64,000 bases of DNA from Planctomycetota bacterium (GTDB lineage Bacteria > Planctomycetota > Phycisphaerae > SM23-33). The position numbers and the translations under genes were made by a program. The stretch spans positions 62,891 through 126,890 of the forward strand of contig JAKJER010000002.1 in the NCBI GenBank assembly GCA_022705325.1. Direction: 5' to 3'. The notes under the pieces are model-generated. The model was not told where the DNA came from and made no database searches. It was given only the letters and a program-made list of their open reading frames with translations. Shown here piece after piece: positions 55,436 to 64,000 of this stretch; positions within the stretch are counted from its first letter, which is position 1; each line of letters starts with the position of its first letter.

Positions 55436-57790
55436 CTACCGGGTCCGGGCCAGCCATGCCACGGCGTAGCAGGTAGCCCCGGCGACGAAGACGGCGGTGA
55501 ACCCCGCCGCGATGGCCAGCAGCATCCCACCGATCGACCCGATCACCGACGCCACGCCGTTGATCCCCCACAGGGCCGACACAGCCGTCCCGTTGGGGTC
55601 GCTGGCCATCCGTCGCAGCCCCAGCGGGAAGGGCATGCCCATGAAGAAGCCGAACGGGAAGGTCACTGCCGCCGCCAGGGCGATTCGAGCCCACAAGTCC
55701 AGCGGCAGGGCCCGGTGAACGATGTCCGGCAGCAGGAACGCCCCGGCCAGGATCAGCAGCACGATCAGCGGCAGGATCAGGCCCAGGGCACGGCGGATCC
55801 GCTCGGGCCCGATGCGCCGGGCTGCGAAGCTGCCCACCGCGCACGCCAGCAGCAGGGTGAACAGGATCACCACCAGCGTGTAGATCGGATGCCCCAGCAG
55901 CAGGATCAGCCGCTGCATCAGGGCCACCTCGGTGATGATGAAGCCGATCCCCAGCATGCCGAAGTAAACCCAGGCCCGCCCGGTCGGCGGGCGGAAGCTC
56001 CGCCGCTTGGCTGCCAGCACCAGAAGCAGCGAGAACACCACCACCGCCACCACCGGAATGCTCAGCAGTTTGACCGCCCAGCCGGGGATGCCCACCGGCT
56101 TGTCGTCGGCGAAATAGAAGGGGCGGTCGTCATTGACCGGCGTGGCCATCCGGGGGAAGCTGTCGGTGTACTTCTCGAAGGGCATCGTCCCGGTCAGCAG
56201 GCCGGCGTACGGGTCCGTGCCGCCGCGGTGGGGGGCCCAGTATACGTGCAAGCCCTTGAAGCCCGCCAGAAGGCGGTCTACCGTCTCCTTGGTCATGGGG
56301 CTCCGGGTGAGCATGAAGATGGTCTGGACCGGCTTCTTCAGCATCGGCATGCCCTTGACGGTCTCGTACTCGGGCTGCTCCTCGCTGACAGCCAGGATAT
56401 GCTGCCCGGCCTGCTGGGCGTTCATGCCCTTTCCCTGAAGGACGCTGACGGCGTTGGCCACCAGGCGGGGGACGTCGCTGGGCCAGCGGACGATCACCAG
56501 CGACCCGCGGTCGCTGAGGCAGTCGTAGTAGGCCCGGATGGCGTCGCTGGTGTAGAGGTAGTTCTCCGTCAGCGACAGCCCGCCGCTGGCCACCGACGCC
56601 CAGGAATCGACGAAGCCCAGGACCACCGCGTCGAACTTCTGGTCGGTCCGCTGGATGAAGTTCCGCCCCTCGTCCATGATCAGCTTGACCTTGGGGTGGT
56701 CATAGAGATTGCCCGCCGCCGAACCGAACTGACGTACGGCGTCGACGATCAGCGGGTTCATCTCCACGGCGGTGACCTTGGGGCTGCCGCTGGAGATGGC
56801 GCAGACCACGTCGGCCCCGCCGCCGGGCCCGATGACCAGCACGTTCGGTTCGGGGGCGATGCGGAACGGGAAGGCGCGGAAATAGGCGTCGATGTCCGGC
56901 AGGGGCGTCTTGCCGTCCCACTTGAGGATGCTGGTCTCGGCGTCGGAGTCGATGAACAGCCGGGCCAGGTGGAACTCGTCGAAATTCACCACCGACGTGA
57001 TGCGGGAATAGGCGTTCCAGCGGTCCGACTTGATCGACGCCTGCGGGTGTTCGTTGAGCAGCTTGTAGAGGGCCTTCTCCGGTGCGTTGCGGATGGTCAG
57101 GGCACGGGCGGGGTCGTTGGTCTGGGCCCAGTAGTTCCAGCCCGCCAGGCCCACCGCCGCCACCAGTACCACCGCGGCCACCGCCTGGAGGACCCGCGAA
57201 CGGGCCGGCCCGCTGCCGGCCAGCAGGAGCCCCGCCAGCGCGGGCAGCAGGGCGGTGGCCAAAATCGTCGTCTCCGCCCCCAGCAGGGCGATCACCACGG
57301 GCACCAGCAGCACCCCGCCGGCGGCCCCGGCCAGGTCCGCGAAGTACAGGCGGTTGATGTCGCCCCCGCACGACTCGAAGGCCAGGCTCAGCGCCGCCCC
57401 GCCCAGCAGGAACGGCAGGAGGCTCAGTACGAAGTACAGCGCCAGGAGTTGCGGCGTGAAGGACAACTGCAGGATCACCCACGGAAAGGCCGGCAACGCC
57501 ACCGCCAGCAGCAGCGACAAGGCCACCAGCAGTCCCGTCGTCCGCCGCGACCGGCCCAGCCCCAGCACGTACACCAGGAAGCCGCCCAGGCCCCACCCGA
57601 ACAAGGCCACCGAGATGGCCACGAACGCGTAGTGGTACCAGATCGTCGCCGAGAACACCCGCACCAGCGTCAGCTCGAAAATCAGCCCGCTGGCCGACAG
57701 CAACAGCACGGCCGCCAACAGGGCGGAGGTCGCCCGGCTGGGCGTGGGGGCAGCCGGCGCCTCGGCGTGTTCGATCGTTTCCTGTGTCAC
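55436..57790 (-). CDS. Spermidine-synthase-like aminopropyltransferase domain flanked by N- and C-terminal polytopic membrane domains, 784 aa, GTG start
   Basis: Central VLVIGPGGGADV, the SpeE/PABS AdoMet-type motif. About 7 TM helices before and 5-6 after it. The GTG at 57790 is preceded by a perfect AAGGAG motif with a 6-nt spacer. The 94-aa upstream extension is non-coding-like. Confidence 0.6.
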   Translation of the reverse strand: MTQETIEHAEAPAAPTPSRATSALLAAVLLLSASGLIFELTLVRVFSATIWYHYAFVAISVALFGWGLGGFLVYVLGLGRSRRTTGLLVALSLLLAVALPAFPWVILQLSFTPQLLALYFVLSLLPFLLGGAALSLAFESCGGDINRLYFADLAGAAGGVLLVPVVIALLGAETTILATALLPALAGLLLAGSGPARSRVLQAVAAVVLVAAVGLAGWNYWAQTNDPARALTIRNAPEKALYKLLNEHPQASIKSDRWNAYSRITSVVNFDEFHLARLFIDSDAETSILKWDGKTPLPDIDAYFRAFPFRIAPEPNVLVIGPGGGADVVCAISSGSPKVTAVEMNPLIVDAVRQFGSAAGNLYDHPKVKLIMDEGRNFIQRTDQKFDAVVLGFVDSWASVASGGLSLTENYLYTSDAIRAYYDCLSDRGSLVIVRWPSDVPRLVANAVSVLQGKGMNAQQAGQHILAVSEEQPEYETVKGMPMLKKPVQTIFMLTRSPMTKETVDRLLAGFKGLHVYWAPHRGGTDPYAGLLTGTMPFEKYTDSFPRMATPVNDDRPFYFADDKPVGIPGWAVKLLSIPVVAVVVFSLLLVLAAKRRSFRPPTGRAWVYFGMLGIGFIITEVALMQRLILLLGHPIYTLVVILFTLLLACAVGSFAARRIGPERIRRALGLILPLIVLLILAGAFLLPDIVHRALPLDLWARIALAAAVTFPFGFFMGMPFPLGLRRMASDPNGTAVSALWGINGVASVIGSIGGMLLAIAAGFTAVFVAGATCYAVAWLARTR

Positions 57791-58591
57791 TACCGTCTCC
57801 TTCACTAGGGACAATCCGCAGACTGTAGACGGTAGGGGGCCAAATAGCAAGAAGCTGGGGCCGCCAATCTCCGGAACGCCGCCGCTGGCGCACCGAGTCG
57901 CCGTCGGACGGGCTCCCATTCTTCGCCGATCGTTCCAGCCGACCCGCCCAGAACCGGCCAGGATGCCCCAGGCCGCGTTCAGGCGGAACGACCGACCCGC
58001 AGACCGTCCGAGTTGCCCGACGCCTCTGGTGCTCGGCTGCGCCCCTCGGCCGCCTTCGGCTACATGGGACATGCCAGCATTCCCCTCAAGCCGTCCTCAC
58101 GGTGTCAGACTCAAGGCCGCGACCCCTCAGGGTGGCGGCCTTGGGGGTGTCTCCCGGCAACCCGGTCCAGACGGGCTCCTCCGCCGACTGCCAACCTCCG
58201 TCGCCGCCGCCGAAGTAAGGTAAACCCCCGAAGGGCGCTTTGGGGCGCATTTTCGCGCCCTCCGGGTCCGGCCCGCCCCAAGCCGCTCTCCGTAACCGCT
58301 GAAACCGCCGAAACTTGCCCCCGCGTCCCCGTGCGAACTGCCCGCGAACTGTCGCGCCCTCTGTGCGCCCTGCCCCGTACTGTTGCGTCCTGCCTGCGGC
58401 CTCCGGGCGAACAACCGCGCCCGCCCGGGGTCGCAGACGCTGCTCCCGCGGCGACGACCGGTCGGGCGACCGCCCCGAATCGGTGAGTTCGGGGCAGATA
58501 TCCGACTTCCGCGTCTGCCTTCGGCAGGAGCCTGCCGACAGGCTGGGCCGATGCCGATTCGACAGGGCCTCCCATCGCCGCTCGGAGTATG

Positions 58592-58597
58592 TATAAT
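58592..58597 (+). promoter_or_regulatory. TATAAT -10-like hexamer 43 nt upstream of the uvrB start
   Basis: GGAGTATGTATAATGCGGAG. A GGAGAGCGG Shine-Dalgarno-like motif follows at 58631-58639. Confidence 0.3.
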
Positions 58598-58639
58598 GCG
58601 GAGATTGTCCCGTTCTTGTCCACGGGGCCGGGAGAGCGG

Positions 58640-60634
58640 ATGGCTGAGTTCCAGGTGATTTCGAAGATGAAGCCCCAGGGCGATCAGCCGGCCGCCATCG
58701 AGCGGCTGTGCGATAACTTCCTGCGCGGGCAGAAGCACAACGTCCTGCTGGGGGTCACCGGCAGCGGCAAGACGTTCACGATGGCCCACGTCGTCGAGCG
58801 CCTCCGCAAGCCCACGCTGGTCGTCAGTCACAACAAGACGCTGGCCGCCCAGCTCTACGAGGAGTTCAAGGGCCTCTTCCCCAACAACGCCGTCGAGTAC
58901 TTCGTCAGCTACTACGACTACTACCAGCCCGAGGCGTACATCCCCCAGCGGGACATCTACATCGAGAAAGACTCCAGCCGCAACGACGACCTCGACCGGC
59001 TGCGCCTCTCGGCCACCACCAGTCTCTCCCACCGGCGCGACGTGATCATCGTGGCGTCGGTGTCGTGCATCTTCGGCCTGGGCAGCCCGGAGGAGTACCA
59101 GAAGATGGTCGTGCCGATCCGCTGCGGCATGACCGTCGAGCGCGACGAACTGCTCAAGGCCCTGGTCGCCCTCCAGTACGACCGCAACGACGTGAACTTC
59201 AAGCGGGGCACGTTCCGGGTCCGCGGCGACACGCTGGACATCTACCCCGCCTACGAGGAGTTCGGCTACCAGGTGGAGCTGTTCGGCGAGACGATCGACG
59301 CCATCCGCCTGATCCATCCCACCAGCGGAGAGACGCTGAGCACGACCGACCAGGTGTTCGTGTTCCCGGCCGTCCACTACGTGGCCGACGAATCGACCAT
59401 CGAGCGGGCGGTCAAGACGATCCGCGTCGAGCTGGAGAACCGGCTGATCGAGCTGCGCAACCAGGGCAAGCTGCTGGAGGCGCAGCGTCTGTCGGCCCGC
59501 ACGCGGTATGACATCGAGATGCTCGTGGAGACGGGCACCTGCCCGGGCATCGAGAATTACAGCCGCCACCTGGACGGGCGAACGCCGGGCCAGCGGCCCT
59601 ACACGCTGATCGACTACTTCGGCGAGGACTTCCTGCTGATCGTCGACGAGTCGCACGTGACCCTGCCGCAGCTCCGGGCCATGTACAACGGCGACCGCAG
59701 CCGCAAGGAAGTGCTCGTGGAGCACGGCTTCCGCCTGCCGTCGGCGCTGGACAACCGCCCGCTTCGTTTCGAGGAGTTCCAGGAGTTGTGGAGACGGGTG
59801 ATGTTCGTCTCGGCCACCCCGGGCGCGTACGAGCTGGAACTGTCGGGCGGGGAGGTCGTCGAGCAGGTCATCCGCCCGACGGGCCTGGTGGACCCGGCCA
59901 TCGAGGTCCGGCCGGCCCGCGGACAGGTGGGCGACCTGCTCCAGGAGATCCGCCATCGCGTGGCCAAGGGCGAGCGGACGCTGATCACCACGCTGACCAA
60001 GCGACTGGCCGAGGACCTCGCCGAATACGGTCGCCAGGAAGGGTTCCGCTGCAAATACCTCCACAGCGAGATCGACACGTTGGAGCGGGTGGAGATCCTC
60101 CGCGACCTGCGCGAGGGCAAGTTCGACGTGCTGGTGGGCGTGAACCTGCTGCGCGAGGGCCTGGACCTGCCCGAGGTGAGCCTGGTGGCCATCCTCGACG
60201 CCGACAAGGAGGGTTTCCTCCGTTCGGCGACCAGTCTTATCCAGACGATCGGGCGCTGCGCCCGCAACGTGAACGCCCAGGTGTTCCTGTACGGCGATAC
60301 GGTGAGCCCGGCCATGCGACAGGCCATCGACGAGACGCGCCGCCGGCGCGAGATCCAGCTCGAATACAACCGCAAGCACAAGATCACGCCCACGACGATC
60401 CAGAAGGCGATCACGTCGGTGCTGACCGATCAGCTCCAGGCCCGCAAGACCGCCCGGGCGGCCATCCACGCCGACGAGCGGGAGTTCGAGCGGACGGAGC
60501 TGGTTGCCGAACTGGAGCGCGAAATGCTCGAGGCGGCCGAGGCGCTGGAGTTCGAGCGGGCGGCGGCCCTGCGCGACCGCATCGCGGAGCTTACGGGCAA
60601 AGACGCCGAGCCGGCCAAGTCGGCTCGGCGCTGA
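58640..60634 (+). CDS. uvrB: Excinuclease ABC subunit B
   Basis: Walker A GVTGSGKT. Conserved [10 protein letters not shown] and DESH helicase motifs. C-terminal UVR domain ([15 protein letters not shown]). Start at ATG 58640 (MAEFQVISK) with a Shine-Dalgarno-like motif; the table ORF begins 17 codons earlier. Confidence 0.95.
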   Translation: MAEFQVISKMKPQGDQPAAIERLCDNFLRGQKHNVLLGVTGSGKTFTMAHVVERLRKPTLVVSHNKTLAAQLYEEFKGLFPNNAVEYFVSYYDYYQPEAYIPQRDIYIEKDSSRNDDLDRLRLSATTSLSHRRDVIIVASVSCIFGLGSPEEYQKMVVPIRCGMTVERDELLKALVALQYDRNDVNFKRGTFRVRGDTLDIYPAYEEFGYQVELFGETIDAIRLIHPTSGETLSTTDQVFVFPAVHYVADESTIERAVKTIRVELENRLIELRNQGKLLEAQRLSARTRYDIEMLVETGTCPGIENYSRHLDGRTPGQRPYTLIDYFGEDFLLIVDESHVTLPQLRAMYNGDRSRKEVLVEHGFRLPSALDNRPLRFEEFQELWRRVMFVSATPGAYELELSGGEVVEQVIRPTGLVDPAIEVRPARGQVGDLLQEIRHRVAKGERTLITTLTKRLAEDLAEYGRQEGFRCKYLHSEIDTLERVEILRDLREGKFDVLVGVNLLREGLDLPEVSLVAILDADKEGFLRSATSLIQTIGRCARNVNAQVFLYGDTVSPAMRQAIDETRRRREIQLEYNRKHKITPTTIQKAITSVLTDQLQARKTARAAIHADEREFERTELVAELEREMLEAAEALEFERAAALRDRIAELTGKDAEPAKSARR

Positions 60635-60761
60635 AGAACGAGCAGGAGTGCAGACAACTGGCCTGCGTGCCGGGGCGGGCGCGTGGGCTTTGAGGGGCGG
60701 CAGGTTTATAATTCGGCGACGGGCCGTTGCCTGCCCAGTCAAGAAAAGGATCGCGTCCGGT

Positions 60762-61871
60762 ATGGCTATGACCTCTTCGCCTGCGGCGGCGGCAAGGAAG
60801 ACGAAGCTGTTCATGAAGCAGGCCGTCATGCTGCGCGTCTGTTACGCCTTGACGCCGCTTCTGGTCGCGGGGATCTACTTCTTCGGCTGGCGGGTGCTGG
60901 CGTTGTTGGCGGTCACCGTCGCGGCCGCCGTCGCCACCGAGTACGTCACAAGCCGGCAGCGCGGCCAGCCCATCTCCATGGCCGTTTTTGTCACCGCCGG
61001 CCTGCTGGCCCTGTCCCTGCCGCCGGAGACGCCTTTCTGGATCGCCGCGGTCAGCGTGGCCGTGGGCATCCTGTTCGGCAAGGAGGTGTTCGGCGGGTTC
61101 GGGCGGAACTTCGCCAACCCCGCGATCGTGGGGCGGGCCTTCGCTTACGTCTGCTTCCCGCACGAACTGACCGCCGCCTTCCAGCCTGTCTACAAAGGCT
61201 TCCCGGGCGGGTTCGCCAGGTGGTCCGAGTCGGTCAGCGGCCTGGGCGACTATCTCCACGGCTTCCGCGTCGAGGATGCCGTCACCACCGCCACGCCCAT
61301 GTGGGCCCGGCGAAATGTGGGCTTTGAGACGCCCCTGTGGGACCTGGTCACCGGGCAGATCGGAGGCGCGTTCCAGGCCCAGCACGACACCCGGGTGCTG
61401 GCGGCCGGCTCCATCGGCGAGGTCAGCGCCGTCCTGATCCTGCTGGCGGGCGCGTACCTCATCTGGACCAGGACGGCCAACTGGCGGCTGACCGCGGCGA
61501 TGCTGCTGGGCGCTACAGCCGCCAACGTGATCTTCCGCACGCTGGGCGGGGCGGAGAAGGTGCCTCCCCTGGCCTTCACGCTCTCCAGCGGGGCGTTGAT
61601 GTACGCGGCTGTATTCATGGTGACCGACCCGGTCTCGGCCCCGAAGAAGAAGACTTCCCTCTGGGCCTACGGGCTGTTCATCGGGTTCATGGTGGTGCTG
61701 ATCCGCTGGCGGGCGCAGTTCAGCGGGGGCGTGGCCTTCGCGATCCTCCTGGGCAACATCGTCGGCCCGCTCATGGACGTTGGCGTCCAGGCGTGGGAGG
61801 ACCGACGCGCGCGGCGCCGGGCCGCCGCGGGGCCGGGCGATGGCGGCCGGGAAGGGGGGGGCGGCGAATGA
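60762..61871 (+). CDS. RnfD/NqrB-family membrane subunit of an Rnf/Na+-NQR-type ion-translocating oxidoreductase, ~369 aa (alternative start 60813)
   Basis: GKEVFGGFGRNFANPA is the hallmark RnfD/NqrB motif. The ...DAVTTATPMW region sits at the position of the covalent-FMN Thr motif. Followed by ...MVTDPVS. Gly/Arg-rich C-terminal tail. Confidence 0.85.
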   Translation: MAMTSSPAAAARKTKLFMKQAVMLRVCYALTPLLVAGIYFFGWRVLALLAVTVAAAVATEYVTSRQRGQPISMAVFVTAGLLALSLPPETPFWIAAVSVAVGILFGKEVFGGFGRNFANPAIVGRAFAYVCFPHELTAAFQPVYKGFPGGFARWSESVSGLGDYLHGFRVEDAVTTATPMWARRNVGFETPLWDLVTGQIGGAFQAQHDTRVLAAGSIGEVSAVLILLAGAYLIWTRTANWRLTAAMLLGATAANVIFRTLGGAEKVPPLAFTLSSGALMYAAVFMVTDPVSAPKKKTSLWAYGLFIGFMVVLIRWRAQFSGGVAFAILLGNIVGPLMDVGVQAWEDRRARRRAAAGPGDGGREGGGGE

Positions 61872-62632
61872 AGATCAACACGAAGAACCCGCTGTACGTG
61901 GTCGTCTTCTCCGTGGCCAGTTCGATCGTCTTCACGGCGGGGATCATGCTGATCCAGGTGGCCGCGCAGGGGGCGATCGACCGCAACCAGAAGCTGCTGG
62001 AGCAGAAGGCCCTGCTGGAACTCTTCAAGCTGGGCGATCCGCGGGCCATGCCTGCCCGGGAGATCGCCCGGACGGTGGAGACCCGCACACGCAGGATGGA
62101 ACTGACCGACCCGCAGACCGGGCGGACGATGCGGGTGGTGGTGGCGTATGAGGGAGAGCTCAGCCGGAGCTTCGTCCGCGTCCGGGGCTATGCCGTGCCG
62201 ATCGAGGGCATGGGCTTCTGGGACGTGATCCGCGGCTACATCGCCGTCGCCGGCGATCTCACGCGGGTGCTGGGGGTCACGTTTCTCCGTCATGCCGAGA
62301 CGCCCGGGCTGGGCGGCGAGATCATGAACCCGCAGTGGCGCCGGAAGTGGGAGGGGCTGCGCGTCAGCCCGCCGGCGCAGGGCGGCCGATTCGTCTACAT
62401 CGGCGGCTCGGCCCCCGACAGTTCCCAGGACCCGCGCCAGGGTCGGTTTGTGGAGGCTATCACCGGCGCCACGGGCACCTCCACCGCAGTCGCGAAGTTC
62501 GTGAACGAAGACCTGGCCGCCTTCCAACGAGCCGCCCGCGCTGCGGGACTCATACCAGACGGCGTGGAGAAGCCGAGCGGCCAGAGCGCCCCGCCGCAGA
62601 CGCCGCCGGGGCCGGAAAGCGAGGGCCGATAG
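61868..62632 (+). CDS. RnfG/NqrC-family FMN-binding subunit, 254 aa
   Basis: N-terminal TM helix. TPGLGGEIMNPQWR and AITGATGTSTAV (the SGAT-type FMN attachment site) match RnfG/NqrC. The start overlaps the upstream stop (ATGA). Confidence 0.8.
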   Translation: MKINTKNPLYVVVFSVASSIVFTAGIMLIQVAAQGAIDRNQKLLEQKALLELFKLGDPRAMPAREIARTVETRTRRMELTDPQTGRTMRVVVAYEGELSRSFVRVRGYAVPIEGMGFWDVIRGYIAVAGDLTRVLGVTFLRHAETPGLGGEIMNPQWRRKWEGLRVSPPAQGGRFVYIGGSAPDSSQDPRQGRFVEAITGATGTSTAVAKFVNEDLAAFQRAARAAGLIPDGVEKPSGQSAPPQTPPGPESEGR

Positions 62633-63313
62633 ATGCCTCCTGATACCGTTTCCACTCCGGGCGGGGCGCTGGCCCGCCAGTTCTGGGCGGAGAACCCCAT
62701 CTTCCGACAGGTGCTGGGGATCTGCTCGGCGCTGGCTGTAACCAACCTCATGTTCAACACGCTGCTGATGTGCGGCGGGCTCATCTGGGCTACCAGCATG
62801 TCCGCCGTCACCGTCAGCCTGATGCGGAGGCTGATCCCCCAGCGAGTGCGGATGATCACGGAGGTGCTGATCATCGCCGTCTACGTCATCATGGTCGACA
62901 TCGCCATGCGGGTCTTCTTCCCGGAGATCCACCGCGTCATCGCCGCCTACGTCGGGCTGATCGTCACCAACTGCATCGTCATGGGCCGCCTGGAGGCCTA
63001 CGCCAGCAAGAACACACCCTTCAACGCCTTCTGCGACGGTCTGGGCAGCGGTCTGGGGTACTCGCTGATCCTGATGGCCGTCGCCACCGTTCGCGAGGTG
63101 CTGGGATTCGGCACGATCATGGGCTACCCGCTGCCGGCCCGCGAGCTGTGGTGGCACCAGTGGACGCTGATGGTGATGCCCCCGGGCGCGTTCTTTGTGC
63201 TGGCCGGGGGGGTGTGGATCGCCCGGTGGTTCGCCATGCGACGCGAGGCCGCCGCGGCCCAGTCGCCGCCGGCGCCCCAGGCCGCGCCGCCCCAGCAGGG
63301 AGGTGCCGAATGA
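62633..63313 (+). CDS. RnfE/NqrD-family membrane subunit, 226 aa
   Basis: NPIFRQVLGICSALAVTN and CGGLIWATSM patterns with 6 TM helices. Pro/Ala/Gln-rich C-terminal tail. Confidence 0.85.
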   Translation: MPPDTVSTPGGALARQFWAENPIFRQVLGICSALAVTNLMFNTLLMCGGLIWATSMSAVTVSLMRRLIPQRVRMITEVLIIAVYVIMVDIAMRVFFPEIHRVIAAYVGLIVTNCIVMGRLEAYASKNTPFNAFCDGLGSGLGYSLILMAVATVREVLGFGTIMGYPLPARELWWHQWTLMVMPPGAFFVLAGGVWIARWFAMRREAAAAQSPPAPQAAPPQQGGAE

Positions 63314-63945
63314 TCCTCATGCTCGCCGACACGCTGGCCAAAGAGGCGGCCGGGCAGAATCTGCTGGCCATCTTCTTCGCCGCCGCCATTACCGACAACA
63401 TCCTGCTCACCCGCTTCCTGGGCATGTGCTCCTTCCTGTCCATCTCCAGCCAGATGCGGGCGTCGATCGGGCTGGGGCTGGCCGTCATCTTCGTCACCGC
63501 GTGCACCGGAGCTATCAATGCCGCGCTCTACTGGTTCGTGCTGATCCCGCTGGAGCGATACGGCGTGCCCGCCTCGTCGCTGCAACTCATCCTGTTCATC
63601 GTGGTCATCGCCGCGTTTGTCCAACTGCTGGAAATGGTCATCGAAAGGGTCAGCCTGGGCCTGTACTTCGCGCTGGGAGTCTTCCTGCCCCTGATCACCG
63701 TCAACTGCGCGATCCTCGGGGCCAACCTCTTCCTGATTAACAAGAACCTGACCGTCTTCGAGGGCTTTGTGTACAGCGCCGGCGCGGGCGCCGGCTGGGC
63801 CGTCGCCATCATCCTGATGGCCGGCATCCGCATCCGCCTCAAGACCGCCAGGATCCCCGCGGCCCTCGAAGGCCCCGGCATCACGCTGATCATCTGCGGG
63901 ATCATGGCCCTGGCGTTCATCGGACTGTCGGGATTGATCAAATAG
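63310..63945 (+). CDS. RnfA/NqrE-family membrane subunit, 211 aa
   Basis: NILLTRFLGMCSF...LPLITVNCAILGA pattern characteristic of RnfA/NqrE. The start overlaps the upstream stop (ATGA). Confidence 0.85.
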   Translation: MILMLADTLAKEAAGQNLLAIFFAAAITDNILLTRFLGMCSFLSISSQMRASIGLGLAVIFVTACTGAINAALYWFVLIPLERYGVPASSLQLILFIVVIAAFVQLLEMVIERVSLGLYFALGVFLPLITVNCAILGANLFLINKNLTVFEGFVYSAGAGAGWAVAIILMAGIRIRLKTARIPAALEGPGITLIICGIMALAFIGLSGLIK

Positions 63946-64000
63946 AGAAAAGACCACCACAGAGGACACAGAGATCACAGAGATATAGAACGCTCTAACT

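Noticed and set aside
58300-58420. GC-rich degenerate direct repeats upstream of uvrB as a possible CRISPR or tandem-repeat array
   Set aside because: The repeats are short, imperfect and not regularly spaced. No spacer/repeat periodicity and no cas genes are present.
60504-60761. 86-codon N-terminal extension of the RnfD/NqrB-like ORF
   Set aside because: It overlaps the uvrB 3' end, is Arg/Ser-rich and has no membrane character. Canonical RnfD/NqrB proteins begin near the first TM helix, consistent with a start at 60762 or 60813.
1-64000. tRNA, rRNA, tmRNA, SRP RNA, RNase P RNA
   Set aside because: No cloverleaf-like or conserved ncRNA motif (for example the SRP AGGUCCGGAAGGAAGCAGC, or a tmRNA tag reading frame with CCA end) was recognisable by eye in any intergenic region. 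A covariance-model scan would be needed to exclude small RNAs.
1-64000. Mobile elements (IS, integrase, phage genes) flanking the low-GC island
   Set aside because: No transposase/integrase motifs (DDE, tyrosine recombinase R..H..R..Y) or terminal inverted repeats were seen. The island call rests on composition alone.

Overview
High-GC window (~65% GC by eye). The gene content suggests a Planctomycetota-like genome: Tat-signal Gfo/Idh/MocA oxidoreductases, a DUF4159/discoidin/prenyltransferase-repeat protein, a PmoA-family protein, DUF2961 and many secreted hydrolase-like proteins. This is inferred from gene content only. I support about 47 protein-coding genes. I found no rRNA, tRNA, CRISPR array, transposase or integrase. 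Many long antisense ORFs in the six-frame track are GC-driven frame artifacts. I re-derived start codons by hand. Several table ORFs start at TTG/GTG or carry long in-frame leaders, and I moved the start to the first ATG/GTG that has a Shine-Dalgarno-like motif or begins a signal peptide. Recognisable content: leuA 3' end; a sugar-uptake and catabolism cluster (RhaT-like symporter, FGGY kinase, Zn-ADH, 2-hydroxyacid DH, with ACR3 and SMP-30 nearby); three Tat-signal Gfo/Idh/MocA oxidoreductases; two neutral-ceramidase-like paralogs; an nfeD-flotillin operon; uvrB; a four-gene Rnf/Nqr-type membrane module (D/B, G/C, E/D, A/E order). Most unusual: (1) a ~2.8 kb low-GC island carrying a small protein tightly coupled to a polytopic membrane protein with a C-terminal HExxH motif; (2) an orphan HicB-like gene with an AT-rich promoter and no HicA; (3) a translationally coupled pair, unknown 378-aa protein plus a Ddl-like ATP-grasp/GNAT fusion; (4) a minus-strand run that places two Tat-signal, normally cytoplasmic enzyme types (an AraA/FucI-like isomerase and a DegT aminotransferase) around a ceramidase-like gene; (5) an 850-bp non-coding gap upstream of uvrB with degenerate GC-rich repeats. 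All family assignments come from motif recognition by eye. No database search was run.
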